Shown one piece after another: positions 1 to 10,715 of a DNA stretch of 64,000 bases. Position 1 is the stretch's first letter; every line of letters begins with the position of its first letter. Made by a program: the position numbers and the translations under genes. Source of the stretch: Rhodoferax sp. (GTDB taxonomy: Bacteria; Pseudomonadota; Gammaproteobacteria; Burkholderiales; Burkholderiaceae_C); NCBI GenBank assembly GCA_029865845.1, contig JARXAM010000072.1, forward strand, positions 14,038 to 78,037, read 5' to 3'. The notes under the pieces were generated by a model. The model did not search any database, was not told the DNA's origin, and saw only the letters and a list, made by a program, of their open reading frames with translations.

Positions 1-1
1 C

Positions 2-49
2 TACCGCCTGCAAACCACCAAGGCGGGCAAGCTTATCCTCACCAAATAG
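2..49 (+). CDS. hemP: Hemin uptake protein HemP, 3' end only (truncated by window edge)
   Basis: Frame from base 2 reads YRLQTTKAGKLILTK-stop, matching the HemP family C-terminal signature (YxLxxTxxGKLILTK). Not in the ORF track. Confidence 0.85.
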   Translation, partial: YRLQTTKAGKLILTK

Positions 50-128
50 CGGTGCCAACGGTGCAAACCAAAAGCGGCTGGTGTACTTCAAAGTTCACCA
101 GCCGCCCTCTTGAAATACGGGCGACGAT

Positions 129-536
129 TTACAGCCCGAGAGCGGCAATACCGGCCTTGGCAATCTGCGCGTCTTCATTGGATTTGACACCGCTTACGCC
201 CACAGCCCCCAGGCATTGGCCGTCTTTCATGATCGGCACCCCGCCCTCCAGCAAAGCGTCCAGATGGGGCGCACTGAGGAAAGACACGCGCCCGCCATTG
301 ATCATGTCTTCGTACAACTTACTCTCGCGACGACCCAAAGCGGCCGTGCGCGCCTTGCCAGGAGCGATGTGCGCAGAAATGGGAGCTGCGCCGTCCAGGC
401 GTTGGAACGACAACAGGTGCCCCCCGTCATCCACAATGGCAATACTCACGGCCCATTGGTGTTTGACTGCCTCGGCAAGGGCGGCAGCGGCGATGGCTGC
501 GACGTCAGTGAACTCAAGTACGGTTTTGGATTTCAT
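129..536 (-). CDS. GlcG/HbpS family heme-binding protein
   Basis: MKSKTVLEF start at 536; family motifs IAIVDDGGHL, KARTAA, GGVPI, GAVGVSG, ED. Confidence 0.88.
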   Translation of the reverse strand: MKSKTVLEFTDVAAIAAAALAEAVKHQWAVSIAIVDDGGHLLSFQRLDGAAPISAHIAPGKARTAALGRRESKLYEDMINGGRVSFLSAPHLDALLEGGVPIMKDGQCLGAVGVSGVKSNEDAQIAKAGIAALGL

Positions 537-746
537 GGTGTACGGGGATTGAACAGTAAAGCTCCGAGCATATCCAAACTGCGTCAGTTTTTGCCGATCC
601 CCAAAAGGTATTGCGCCTGTGCCGCGCACGCATGAATAGACACACAAAGGTCGGGGCTGCCCTTGCATACGCCTAAAATGCCCCCACCTGCAGTTTGCTT
701 GGACAACTACCGTCTATCCACCGCAGTTTTTTACTGGAGTAACACC

Positions 747-1442
747 ATGACAGATCGCACTACTACCTTTGGCCAGAGCCTGGGCTATGGCGCATCGACC
801 GCGCAACGCAACAAGGTGCTGCGCAACACCTATTGGCTGCTTTCATTGAGCCTCGTTCCCACCGTGCTGGGTGCGTGGGCAGGTGTCGCGCTAAACCTTG
901 CATCGCTATTTGGCGGTGTGATGGGTTTGGTGCTGTTCTTGGCAGTCGCATTTGGCTTCATCTTCGCCATTGAAAAAACCAAAAACTCCGCAGCAGGCGT
1001 TCCCGTGCTGCTGGGGTTCACCTTTGTTATGGGCTTGATGATGTCCCCGCTGATCCAGCGCACGCTGGGATTTAGCAATGGCCCACAGTTGATCATGACC
1101 GCCTTCGGCGGCACTGCAGGTGTGTTTTTCGCGATGGCCAGTCTGGCCACCGTCATCAAGCGTGACCTGAGCGGGATGGGCAAATGGCTGTTTGTTGGCA
1201 CTATCGTGCTGCTGGTCGGCGGCCTGATCAATGCCTTTGTGGGCTCCAGCGCTGGCATGATGGCGCTGTCCGTGGCAGCGATCGGCATCTTCAGCTTCTG
1301 GATGCTGTACGACGTCAAGCGCATCGTGGATGGTGGAGAAACCAACTACATCACCGCCACGCTGGGCCTTTACTTGAGCATCGTCAATGTGTTCCAAAAC
1401 TTGTTGGCCTTGTTGGGAATATTTGGTGGTGAACGCGATTGA
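747..1442 (+). CDS. yccA: Bax inhibitor-1/YccA family membrane protein
   Basis: About 7 hydrophobic helices; RNKVLRNTY, GGETNYI and C-terminal LLGIFGGERD motifs; GGAG RBS before ATG 747. Confidence 0.9.
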   Translation: MTDRTTTFGQSLGYGASTAQRNKVLRNTYWLLSLSLVPTVLGAWAGVALNLASLFGGVMGLVLFLAVAFGFIFAIEKTKNSAAGVPVLLGFTFVMGLMMSPLIQRTLGFSNGPQLIMTAFGGTAGVFFAMASLATVIKRDLSGMGKWLFVGTIVLLVGGLINAFVGSSAGMMALSVAAIGIFSFWMLYDVKRIVDGGETNYITATLGLYLSIVNVFQNLLALLGIFGGERD

Positions 1443-1459
1443 GTGCACCTGCGCCAATC

Positions 1460-1485
1460 AAAAAAGGCCCGCAAGGGCCTTTTTT
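1460..1485. terminator. Intrinsic terminator (bidirectional form)
   Basis: AAAAAAGGCCC-GCAA-GGGCCTTTTTT just after the yccA stop. Confidence 0.9.
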
Positions 1486-1559
1486 GTTGCTGTGCACTCC
1501 GGGGGTGGTAAACCCATGGCAATAAATGCCGATATCACTCGCAATATCCTGTGCACCCT

Positions 1560-1937
1560 ATGACACCACGCCACCTGCTTCTCTTTATCACGCTGTTACT
1601 GGCGGGTTGCGACTTGCAATCCATTCAGGCGGCGTTGGCGGACCCCAAAATTGCCCAAAGGGAAGCGGAGGCCAAGGCCATAGGCAGCGCCTGCCGCCAC
1701 GGGCTACGCAGCATTGAGGACTGCTACTCGCTCAACGAAAAAGCGTCCAAGGCCGCCATCTTTGAGGGGTGGAAAGAGATGGACAGTTACATGCGGGAAA
1801 ACAAAATTGAAGGGATCGCCCCACAGGGCCTCAAGCCCACGCCACCTCCGACCCCACCCGCTGACCCGGTAATCACCGAGAAGTCTGACGAGACGCCCAA
1901 GACAGCATCCAAGCCAAAAGCCAAATCGGAGCACTAG
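1560..1937 (+). CDS. Conserved hypothetical lipoprotein
   Basis: Lipobox LLLAGC; Cys pair in GSACRH...EDCY; GWKEMD motif; Pro/Lys-rich tail. Confidence 0.75.
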   Translation: MTPRHLLLFITLLLAGCDLQSIQAALADPKIAQREAEAKAIGSACRHGLRSIEDCYSLNEKASKAAIFEGWKEMDSYMRENKIEGIAPQGLKPTPPPTPPADPVITEKSDETPKTASKPKAKSEH

Positions 1938-1991
1938 GCGCCGCGTTTACTCGCACCTAACGCCACGGGCTGCGCTGCCGCCTGCCGGGCT

Positions 1992-3461
1992 TCAGCCCCG
2001 GAGTTCAAACACCGCAATGCTCTCCACGTGCGCCGTATGGGGAAACATGTTCACCATACCTGCCTTGGTGCAAATGTAGCCCGCCTCGTGAACCAGCACG
2101 CCCGCGTCCCGTGCGAGCGTCGCAGGCGCGCAGCTCACATAGACGATGCGCTTGGGCGGTGTCCAACCCATGCGCAAGTGGGGCTGTTGGTGCAAAGCGG
2201 CCAGAGCTTGCACCAGCGCATAAGCCCCCTCGCGGGGCGGGTCGATCAGCCATTTGTCGGCCGGGCCGTCGGCAACCAAGAGGTCAGGCGTCATCTCGAA
2301 CAGGTTGCGTGCCACAAACTTTGTGGGGGCCAAAACGGTCCCAACAGGCCCCAAAGCCCGCCGCTGTTCGACGTTGAACTTCAAGTTGTCGCGCGAACGC
2401 GCCACCAGCGACTCGGCCCCTTCCACCCCCAGCACCTCGCGCGCCTGAGTGGCCAGTGGAAGGGTGAAGTTGCCCAGACCACAAAACCAGTCAATCACCC
2501 GCTCTGTCTGTTGCACCTGTAGCAAGCCCAAAGCGCGGGACACCAGCACGCGGTTGATGTGGGGGTTCACCTGTGTGAAATCCGTCGGGCGAAAGGGCAT
2601 GGTGATGCCGTAATCGGGCAAGGTGTAAGCCAGATCGTCCGTGACATGGCCGGGTAACTCATCCAAGCGGTGGATGGTTTCCGGCCCCTTGGGTTGGAGC
2701 CACCATTGCAGGCCCGGCTGGGCGGCTGCAAAGGCACGCAGGCGGGCTTTGTCCCCCTCCGACAGGGGCTCCATATGACGCAGCACCAAGGCGATTACGC
2801 CAGCCTGGCTGTCTTGGCTGGTGCCCTTGTCGCCCATAGCCAACTCCAACTGGGGAATGGTTTCCACCGCATCCATGGATGCGATCAAGTCGCGCAGCGG
2901 CATGAGCATGGCACTTACACGAGGAGCCAGTACGGGGCAAACTTTCATGTCGGCTACATAACGGCTCTTGCGCTCGTGAAAACCAATCAACACCGCGCCT
3001 TTTTTTCGCACAAAGCGTACAGACAGACGCGAGCGATAGCGGTAGCCCCAGGCCGGGCCTTCAATGGGGCGCACCACATTGTCTGGCTTGAGCTTGCCGA
3101 TGTGCCAAAGGTTGTCCTCCAGCACACGCTGCTTCACTGCCACTTGGGCACCTATGTGCAGATGCTGCATCTTGCACCCCCCGCAGGCACCTTCGTGTAG
3201 ACCAAAGTGAGGGCAGGCGGGTTGCACCCGTTGCGAGGATTCGGTGTGGATTTCGGTCAGCGTGCCCTTCTCGAAACTGGCTTTGCTGCGGTGCATCTGC
3301 GCGCTGACCACCTCAAAGGGCAAGGCCCCGTCGATGAACACCACTTTGCCATCGGGGCGGTGGGCGACGCCCTGGGCTTCGAGATCCAGTGATTTGACGG
3401 CCAGCCACCCCTCGGGCAGCGGCGTTGGCGGGGCGATGTCGTTGTTGTGTACGTCTGTCAT
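1992..3461 (-). CDS. rlmD: 23S rRNA (uracil(1939)-C5)-methyltransferase
   Basis: TRAM-like N-terminus, Fe-S motif CPHF...[37 protein letters not shown]. Confidence 0.95.
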   Translation of the reverse strand: MTDVHNNDIAPPTPLPEGWLAVKSLDLEAQGVAHRPDGKVVFIDGALPFEVVSAQMHRSKASFEKGTLTEIHTESSQRVQPACPHFGLHEGACGGCKMQHLHIGAQVAVKQRVLEDNLWHIGKLKPDNVVRPIEGPAWGYRYRSRLSVRFVRKKGAVLIGFHERKSRYVADMKVCPVLAPRVSAMLMPLRDLIASMDAVETIPQLELAMGDKGTSQDSQAGVIALVLRHMEPLSEGDKARLRAFAAAQPGLQWWLQPKGPETIHRLDELPGHVTDDLAYTLPDYGITMPFRPTDFTQVNPHINRVLVSRALGLLQVQQTERVIDWFCGLGNFTLPLATQAREVLGVEGAESLVARSRDNLKFNVEQRRALGPVGTVLAPTKFVARNLFEMTPDLLVADGPADKWLIDPPREGAYALVQALAALHQQPHLRMGWTPPKRIVYVSCAPATLARDAGVLVHEAGYICTKAGMVNMFPHTAHVESIAVFELRG

Positions 3462-3552
3462 CCCTGAATTGTCTCAGGTCGCAGACCAAAACCTTCGCAT
3501 GCAGCGCTCGAAAACGGGGTGCCTTGGCTTGCGCTTTCGACACGCCACGGAC

Positions 3553-4431
3553 TTAACGCGCGGGAAGGATCTTCAAGGGGTCTACCGGCTTGCCCTGTTT
3601 GCGAACTTCAAAATGCAGCTTGGTCCTGTCGGCGTCACTGCTGCCCATCTCCGCAATTTTTTGGCCTTTGCGAACGACCTGGTCTTCTTTCACCAGCAAC
3701 ACCTGGTTATGCGCATACGCGGTCAGATAGGTGTTGTTGTGCTTGAGGATGATGAGATTCCCATACCCTCGAAGGCCAGCGCCGGCATACACGACTTTGC
3801 CCTCCCCGGCTGCCACGACAGCGTCGCCGGCACTTCCCCCGATGTCCACGCCCTTGTTTTTGCTTTCGTCAAAGGCCGAAAGCACAGGTCCAGAGGCCGG
3901 CCAAATCCACGCCACGGCATCGTCGCCGGAGGCGTTTGTGGTTGGCGCAGGCGCCACCGGGGCAGTGGCCGCAGAGGTCCCGCCCTTGCCCGAAACGCCC
4001 GCGGCAGCAGGCAAGGCTGCTGCGGGCGGCAACACGGTGGTATTGCTCGTCGCGGCCTGTATGGGCTTGGGTGAAACCGGCTCTGTGGCTGCCGCTGGAG
4101 GGACAACCCGTATCACCTGCCCCACCTCAATTTTGTTTGGATTTTCCAAGGCGTTCCATCGGCTCAAGTCCTTGTGGCTTTGGCCATTTTCGAGTCCGAT
4201 ACGAATCAGGGTGTCGCCGGGTTTGACGGTGTAGTAGCCGGGCTTGCCCGCATTCTCAAAACCAGGAGGTTGCTTCGTTGCACCAGCACGTGCATCCACT
4301 GGCGCAGGCCCCGTACCTGGAAGCGTTCTATCCTCCACCGGTGCCCGTGTGAGAGACGGGCCGCCGCACCCTACCAGCACGAGCACAACACCCAAGAGCA
4401 GACCTGTACACCCAGCTCGAAAACCCATCAT
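3553..4431 (-). CDS. nlpD: LysM/M23 lipoprotein NlpD
   Basis: Lipobox LVGC, LysM (YTVKPGDTL), M23 domain (YGNLIILKH, AYAHN, LHFEVR); follows pcm. Start at 4431 or 4428. Confidence 0.92.
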   Translation of the reverse strand: MMGFRAGCTGLLLGVVLVLVGCGGPSLTRAPVEDRTLPGTGPAPVDARAGATKQPPGFENAGKPGYYTVKPGDTLIRIGLENGQSHKDLSRWNALENPNKIEVGQVIRVVPPAAATEPVSPKPIQAATSNTTVLPPAAALPAAAGVSGKGGTSAATAPVAPAPTTNASGDDAVAWIWPASGPVLSAFDESKNKGVDIGGSAGDAVVAAGEGKVVYAGAGLRGYGNLIILKHNNTYLTAYAHNQVLLVKEDQVVRKGQKIAEMGSSDADRTKLHFEVRKQGKPVDPLKILPAR

Positions 4432-4445
4432 TTTGAAACTTTCTT

Positions 4446-5213
4446 TCACGCTACGCCTGATTTTAGGGGGACAAATTGCACCGGCTCCAGCAGGCAGTGC
4501 TGTAGGCCCTGCGGGGTCTTGTCCACGACCAATAGCACCTGTCCGCCCGCGTGAGACACAGGCGCGACCAAGCGGCCTCCCATGGCCAATTGATCCAGCC
4601 ACGCCTGCGGCAGTGTATCGCCCCCCGCTGCGGCGATGATGCCCGCATATGGCGCACCCTGCGCACAGCCTTGCGTGCCGTCACCAAACAACAAGTGGAC
4701 ATTGGGGAGGCGCAACGGGCGGAGGTTTTCCCGCGCTTTGTCGTACAAGCCCCTCAGCCGCTCCATGCTATACACCTCTGTTGTCACTTGACTCAACACC
4801 GCTGCCTGGTAACCGCACCCGGTGCCAACCTCCAAAACACGTCCCATGCGGCCCGAGGTGCCGTTTCGCAGCAACTCCAGCATGCGTGACACCACTCCGG
4901 GTTTGGAAATCGTTTGCCCCAGGCCAATGGGCAAACTGGTGTCTTCATAGGCTTGGTTCACAAGCGCGCTGTCCACAAAGCGGTGGCGCTCGACTGTCCC
5001 CATGGCGGCGAGTACCAACGAATCGGTGACGCCCTGCAAAGCCAGTTTGCGCACCATTTGCTGACGTACCGCCGAGGAGTCCAGACCCAGCCCGTGGGGC
5101 GTCGGAATGGCGGGCGGGGCGGCACCATGTGGTGTGTGGGAAGTGACCGTGACCCGTCCCGTGGAGCTGACCTGCGGCGGCATACGTGCCGGAAAAGAGG
5201 GCCGCTCTCTCAT
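4446..5213 (-). CDS. pcm: Protein-L-isoaspartate O-methyltransferase
   Basis: [33 protein letters not shown]; start overlaps the surE stop (ATGA). Confidence 0.95.
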   Translation of the reverse strand: MRERPSFPARMPPQVSSTGRVTVTSHTPHGAAPPAIPTPHGLGLDSSAVRQQMVRKLALQGVTDSLVLAAMGTVERHRFVDSALVNQAYEDTSLPIGLGQTISKPGVVSRMLELLRNGTSGRMGRVLEVGTGCGYQAAVLSQVTTEVYSMERLRGLYDKARENLRPLRLPNVHLLFGDGTQGCAQGAPYAGIIAAAGGDTLPQAWLDQLAMGGRLVAPVSHAGGQVLLVVDKTPQGLQHCLLEPVQFVPLKSGVA

Positions 5214-5977
5214 CCAGCGCCCGACGCCAACTGCTGAAAGGTTTGTGCCCAATAACCCAGGTGCGCGTAATCCGTCATATCGACCTGCAAAGGCGTGATG
5301 GACACATGCCCGTGGGACGTGGCGTGAAAATCTGTACCGTCCGCATCGTCTTTGGCAGGCCCGGCCGCCCCGATCCAATACATGGTTTCGCCGCGTGGAC
5401 TTTGCTGCGTAATGACTTTTTCTGCCGCATGCCGCTTTCCCAGTCTGCACAGACGATTGGGGCCGATGCGCTCCAGTGGCAAATTGGGAATGTTCACATT
5501 CAACAACCAGGGCTTGGCGGTGATCATGTCCCGCTGCTTCATGGACAAGATGATTTCGCGTGCCTTGGACGCCGCAGCGTCCACATGCACCCAATCGCGC
5601 TCAACCTGGGAAAAAGCAATGGCAGGTATGCCAAACAAATACCCCTCCATGGCCGCGCCCACCGTGCCCGAGTAGATCGTGTCATCCCCCATATTGGCAC
5701 CGTTGTTGATGCCTGACACCACCAAGTCCGGGCGGTAATCCAAGAGTCCGGTCAAGGCAATGTGGACGCAGTCTGCAGGGGTTCCGTTGACGTAGCGAAA
5801 ACCGTTGGCCGCCCGCTGCACGTACAAGGGCGAATGCAGGGTGAGCGCGTTGGACTTGGCGCTGTTGTTGTGCTCGGGCGCCACCACCTCCACCTGTGCA
5901 ATGTCCTTGAGCGCCTCATAAAGCGCCACCAAGCCGCGTGCCTGATAACCGTCGTCGTTGGAGATGAGTATTTTCAT
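5210..5977 (-). CDS. surE: 5'/3'-nucleotidase SurE
   Basis: [33 protein letters not shown]. Confidence 0.97.
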   Translation of the reverse strand: MKILISNDDGYQARGLVALYEALKDIAQVEVVAPEHNNSAKSNALTLHSPLYVQRAANGFRYVNGTPADCVHIALTGLLDYRPDLVVSGINNGANMGDDTIYSGTVGAAMEGYLFGIPAIAFSQVERDWVHVDAAASKAREIILSMKQRDMITAKPWLLNVNIPNLPLERIGPNRLCRLGKRHAAEKVITQQSPRGETMYWIGAAGPAKDDADGTDFHATSHGHVSITPLQVDMTDYAHLGYWAQTFQQLASGAG

Positions 5978-6197
5978 AGCTGAATCCAGTGCTGGGCATT
6001 GTAGGTGCAGGCTGCGGCCCGTCGGTAGACGGTGCGCAGCCTTGCACGCACAATCGCTTACACAATCCACAGCACACCCTCGGTACGCAATGGTCGCCCG
6101 GGGGTGCCGGTGTGCCACACTGGAAGGCTTTGGAGTCTGCGGGGGTTTGCGTTACCCTCCAGTGACAGCAGCACGTCGCGATACGGGGAAATTAGGA

Positions 6198-7112
6198 ATG
6201 GGTATTCAGTCCACTGTTGTGTTTACCGACCTCCATGGAAGCACTGCGGTATTTGGCGCCCTGGGCAATGCACTTGCCACAGAAACCGTGACGGGCATCA
6301 CATCGTGGATCACGCAAGTGGCAAAGGCGTTTGGATGCCATTTCGTCAAAACCCTAGGCGATGGCGTCATGGTGGCGTTCCATGACAGGCACCAGGCGCT
6401 GGGCTTCGTGGTGGATGTGCAGCGGGGCCATGAACACAACGAGCATGGCTGGACCGACGAAGTCCCCATCCCGATCCGTATCGGCATCGCCGCGGGCGAG
6501 GTCGAGGCACACCGGGGTGACTACTTCGGGGATGCGGTCAATGTCGCAGCACGCCTGTGTGACTTGTGCGGGCCCAACCAGATATGGGCCAGCGACACGG
6601 TGATGGACCCGGTACACCCCTGGGACCATGTCAAGACACGGGCGCTGGGGGCCATCGATATTCGCGGTCGCCCGCACCCCTGCAATGTGTTGCAAATTGA
6701 GTGGCGGGAGGAGGAACCCTCCGAACTCTTGACCATGCAGGGTGCCTCACCCGAGGATGCAGACCCCACACGCGACGCACTGGGCAAAGAGATACGCTTG
6801 GAATACGATGGGCACCACACGGTGTTTCGATCGTACGAATTGCCTGTGCATATCGGGCGCATCAAATCTGCGCAATTTGTCGTACCCGACGCCCGCGTGT
6901 CCCGCAGCCACGCACAGCTCATTTGGCGCAACGGCGGGGTGATTCTGGCGGACCTGAGCACGTACGGCACGTGGGTGCGCTTTGCCGATGATCCGACCAG
7001 CCACATCCTGTTGCGGCGCGATGAGTGCATATTGCACGGTCGTGGATGGCTTGCGTTGGGAGCCTCTTTCGCCGAGCCCACTATGCCATGCATTCAGTTT
7101 GCAATTCGCTAG
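6198..7112 (+). CDS. Class III adenylate/guanylate cyclase with C-terminal FHA domain
   Basis: FTDLHGST, VKTLGDG, GDYFGDAVNVAARL; FHA motifs GR, SRSH, STYGT; AGGA RBS. Confidence 0.88.
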   Translation: MGIQSTVVFTDLHGSTAVFGALGNALATETVTGITSWITQVAKAFGCHFVKTLGDGVMVAFHDRHQALGFVVDVQRGHEHNEHGWTDEVPIPIRIGIAAGEVEAHRGDYFGDAVNVAARLCDLCGPNQIWASDTVMDPVHPWDHVKTRALGAIDIRGRPHPCNVLQIEWREEEPSELLTMQGASPEDADPTRDALGKEIRLEYDGHHTVFRSYELPVHIGRIKSAQFVVPDARVSRSHAQLIWRNGGVILADLSTYGTWVRFADDPTSHILLRRDECILHGRGWLALGASFAEPTMPCIQFAIR

Positions 7113-7158
7113 TGCGCTGAGTTTGCGTTCAGCACCGCCACCCTATTGACGTTTTCCC

Positions 7159-9168
7159 GTGTCCACCATCCCTACACGCTGGCTCACCCTGCCCCGCGAA
7201 GCCCGAGACACCCTGTTGTTACTGGCGGTCATAGCCTGGGTGATTGGGCAGCAGGCGGGCCACCTTCCGTGGTGGTGCTCCCTCATGGCCGCTGGGGCGC
7301 TCGCTTGGCGTGCTGTGCTTGCCTGGAAAAGCCGCACCTTGCCGTCCCGGTGGTGGCTCGCCACCTTTCTGACACTGGCAGCCATTGGCACGTGGTACAG
7401 CCACCAAACGCTGTTGGGACGCGATGCAGGCGTCACGTTTTTGGTGGTGCTACTGGCACTCAAAACGCTGGAGCTGCGGGCACGACGAGATGCTTTTGTG
7501 GTGTTTTTTCTAGGCTTTTTTGTCACGCTCACTCACTTTTTTTACTCCCAAAGTTTGCTCACCGCCGGGGGCATGGTGGTATCACTGTGGGGACTGTTGA
7601 CCGCACTGGTCAACAGCCATATGCCCGTAGGGCGCCCACCCCTGACCCTGGCAGCGCGGCATGCAGCCGGCATGATGCTGGCGGGCGCGCCCATCATGGT
7701 GTGTTTGTTCGTCTTATTTCCACGGATAGGTCCGCTGTGGAGTCTGCCCAGTGACGCGTTACAAGGCCGCAGCGGTCTGTCGGGCCACATGCGCGTTGGC
7801 ACCATCGCCAGCCTGGCATTGGACGAGAGCGTTGCCATGCGCGTACAGTTTTCGGGCCCGCCACCGGCACAAAGTGCCCTCTACTTCCGCGGGCCGGTGT
7901 TCACCACTTTTGACGGGCGCGAGTGGAAAGCGCGCCCCCCCGCGGGCCCCGCCCCCGGAATGTCGGCTGCAACACTGGAGGTCAGCGGGTCACCCGTGGC
8001 GTATGAAGTCACCCTGGCCCCCACCCAGCCTCCTTGGGCACTCGCACTCGACGCCACCCCCGCCAGCCCACAATCCGCGGACTACCGGTTTGAAAGGGGC
8101 CCCGACCTGACCTGGCGGGTACTGTCTGCCCCCGGCTCACCGGTCCGGTACCAGGCGCTGGCCTATCCGCAGTTCAAGCTCGGCCCCACGCGCTTCACTA
8201 CCGCGCTACTGGACGACGTGGCGTTACCCCCAGGCTTCAACCCCCGCACCTTGCAATGGGCCGCAGACCTGCGTCGCCAACCTGCGTTGGCGCAGGCCGA
8301 TGCACCCACGCTGGTCAACGCGGTACTCGAAACACTGCGCCAAGGGGGCTACGAATACACGCTGGAGCCCGGTGTCTACGGAACCCACACAGCCGATGAG
8401 TTCTGGTTCGACCGCAAGGCGGGGTTTTGCGAGCACATCGCGTCGAGCTTTGTTGTTGTGATGCGCGCCCTGGACATCCCGGCCCGCATCGTGACCGGCT
8501 ACCAGGGCGGCCAAGCCCAAGCTTCGGATGCTACGTGGGTCATTCGGCAAAGTGATGCCCATGCGTGGGCGGAGGTATGGCTCCAAGGACAGGGCTGGGT
8601 CCGGGTCGATCCCACCGCAGCCGTCGCCCCAGCGCGCACGGGCAAGTTTCAGCCCTTGTTGCGACCACCAGGCGTGTTGTCAAGGGCACTGGAAACCGTC
8701 AGCCCCGGTATATCGCTGCGGTTTCGGGGGTGGTGGGATGCTGCAAACAGCAGTTGGGACCGCTGGGTTACCCGCTACACCAAGAGCGAACAACTGGATT
8801 TGCTGCGCCACATCGGTTTTCGGCAGCCCGATTGGCAAGACCTCAGCAACCTGCTCATCGCCTGTGTGGTGGCGAGCTGCATGGGTGCCGCCCTGTGGGT
8901 GGGGTGGGAGCGCAGACGCAAAGACCCCTGGCTGCAGCTTCTGGAACAGGCACGCCGACGACTGGGTGCACCCGGCCTCGACCTCTCGCACGCCCAAACC
9001 CCGCGCGCAATCGCCAGCCTGCTACGCCAGCATGGCAGCGCAAGCCCCCCCATCGTAGACTGGCTCACGCGGCTGGAGACTTGGCGTTATGGCCCTGCAC
9101 CACAACAGCCCCAGGGCTTGCGGGCCTTGCGCAAAGAGCTGCGCACACTGCGGCGAGTGCCCCGTTGA
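7159..9168 (+). CDS. TgpA-like membrane transglutaminase (DUF3488 + transglutaminase core)
   Basis: N-terminal TM helices, FPR motif, LYFRG; triad GFCEH / DAHAWAEV / RVDPT. Confidence 0.9.
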   Translation: MSTIPTRWLTLPREARDTLLLLAVIAWVIGQQAGHLPWWCSLMAAGALAWRAVLAWKSRTLPSRWWLATFLTLAAIGTWYSHQTLLGRDAGVTFLVVLLALKTLELRARRDAFVVFFLGFFVTLTHFFYSQSLLTAGGMVVSLWGLLTALVNSHMPVGRPPLTLAARHAAGMMLAGAPIMVCLFVLFPRIGPLWSLPSDALQGRSGLSGHMRVGTIASLALDESVAMRVQFSGPPPAQSALYFRGPVFTTFDGREWKARPPAGPAPGMSAATLEVSGSPVAYEVTLAPTQPPWALALDATPASPQSADYRFERGPDLTWRVLSAPGSPVRYQALAYPQFKLGPTRFTTALLDDVALPPGFNPRTLQWAADLRRQPALAQADAPTLVNAVLETLRQGGYEYTLEPGVYGTHTADEFWFDRKAGFCEHIASSFVVVMRALDIPARIVTGYQGGQAQASDATWVIRQSDAHAWAEVWLQGQGWVRVDPTAAVAPARTGKFQPLLRPPGVLSRALETVSPGISLRFRGWWDAANSSWDRWVTRYTKSEQLDLLRHIGFRQPDWQDLSNLLIACVVASCMGAALWVGWERRRKDPWLQLLEQARRRLGAPGLDLSHAQTPRAIASLLRQHGSASPPIVDWLTRLETWRYGPAPQQPQGLRALRKELRTLRRVPR

Positions 9169-9169
9169 C

Positions 9170-10537
9170 TTAACCCTCGGGGGGAACTGGCGCTGGCAAT
9201 TCGGTAGGCGGCACCACCGGCACGTGCGGCAGCTCGGGCTCTGCGTCCTGGCGTGCAAGCCAGGCCGTCAAGGCTTTGTCGAGCATATCAATTGCCCATT
9301 GCAAGCGGGCACTGTCCAACACCTGCCCATTCACTTGAAGTTGCCCTTGGCCGTAACGCCAGGCCGTGGCATATCCGTCGACGCGCTCCTGCCAATACGG
9401 ACTGGGTACCGGCAGCACGGACGTCGCCAAGGTCGACACATCGCCCCGCACCTGCAGGTCTGCCTGCACAGACAGTTGCCGGGTCATCTGGACCCGATCG
9501 GTCGGGGCGGGCGCCAGCGACAGCACCAGCTGCCCCTGCCAATCGCTGTGGGCCATGCGCCCCCGCGCTACCGGGACCCCCACACTCAGACCCGATGCCA
9601 ACAGCTTTTGCACTGCAGCCCGCACGGCCTGTGCCGCCTCTGCGGCCCCTCCCGTCGCAGTACATCGGGCGGCCAGCACGCGACCCAGCTCCACCACGCT
9701 GGCCCGGTGAAGGCCTTTCACTTGCAGTTGTAGCGCCTGCTGCTCCATGGCGTGAGACTGGTATCCCACACGATCAGCAGCCTGTGTCAACGAGGCGCTG
9801 ATGCGGTCATCGTGTTGCACCGCATCGGCGTCCAAGCGCAGGCCCTGCAAACGCAGTGCGGCCCATTGCAAATCACCCACCTGCACCGTGGCCTGCCCAC
9901 GCGACACGGTTGCGTCGTCCCAGTCCATCTGCACCCGAATGCCTTGCGCCTGCAACGGTGATGTGCCGCCCTCCGCCCACGCCATGTGCGGCCCCTCCCA
10001 TGCCATCCAAAGGCGTGAGCCAGCCCACTCCAGCTGGGCTTGGGAGGCCGCCCCCTGCATCAGCCCCCAACCCGTATGCACTGTCCACGTGGGAACAGCA
10101 AAGCGCGCCCGCACAACGCCGTCAAAACCCCTGTGCGCCACCACCGCAATACGCAGTGGGACGGGTGTCGCGCCTCCCGCCGCCGCCAGGTCGGGCAAGG
10201 GCTCCATCGCCCCGTCCAGACGCAACCACCCCTGCCCATCGGGCAGGTGCCGGGCCTGGTAGCGCACACGCACCCCCAGAGACGCAGCCTCCCGGTCGCC
10301 GCAGAGCCGACGCCATTCGAGCTCCAGTGCGCCGTGTGAAGCCAACCATCCGGCATGGTGTTCCCAGTGCCGAACCCGCAAGGGGTAGAGGCTGCTTTGC
10401 GTTTCACTCACCCAGGCACGCACACTGCTTTCCAGCACGCGGGCGCTGTACCAAGGTGCCAGCGCCAGCAAGGTACACACCAACACGAACAAAAGAGCCC
10501 CCACCATCTTGCGGCGCGACGTCGACATAAACCCCAT
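9170..10537 (-). CDS. YdgA/DUF945-like membrane-anchored protein
   Basis: N-terminal anchor with APWY, GWLAS motif, C-terminal QLQVNG; divergent; alternative start 10528. Confidence 0.6.
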   Translation of the reverse strand: MGFMSTSRRKMVGALLFVLVCTLLALAPWYSARVLESSVRAWVSETQSSLYPLRVRHWEHHAGWLASHGALELEWRRLCGDREAASLGVRVRYQARHLPDGQGWLRLDGAMEPLPDLAAAGGATPVPLRIAVVAHRGFDGVVRARFAVPTWTVHTGWGLMQGAASQAQLEWAGSRLWMAWEGPHMAWAEGGTSPLQAQGIRVQMDWDDATVSRGQATVQVGDLQWAALRLQGLRLDADAVQHDDRISASLTQAADRVGYQSHAMEQQALQLQVKGLHRASVVELGRVLAARCTATGGAAEAAQAVRAAVQKLLASGLSVGVPVARGRMAHSDWQGQLVLSLAPAPTDRVQMTRQLSVQADLQVRGDVSTLATSVLPVPSPYWQERVDGYATAWRYGQGQLQVNGQVLDSARLQWAIDMLDKALTAWLARQDAEPELPHVPVVPPTELPAPVPPEG

Positions 10538-10715
10538 AAGCTGCCCATTGAATAAATGGCGCGTACTGTACCGCCTACCCCCAACGCTCCAGACCTCCTA
10601 TGCACCAAGGGCATGCGCCTTTTCACACCGGCGCACCAACGCACGGGCAGGTGGATACACTTCCCGACACGCAGCGGGCCCTTGCCCTAATGCCCACGCC
10701 ACCCTGTCCTTTTGC

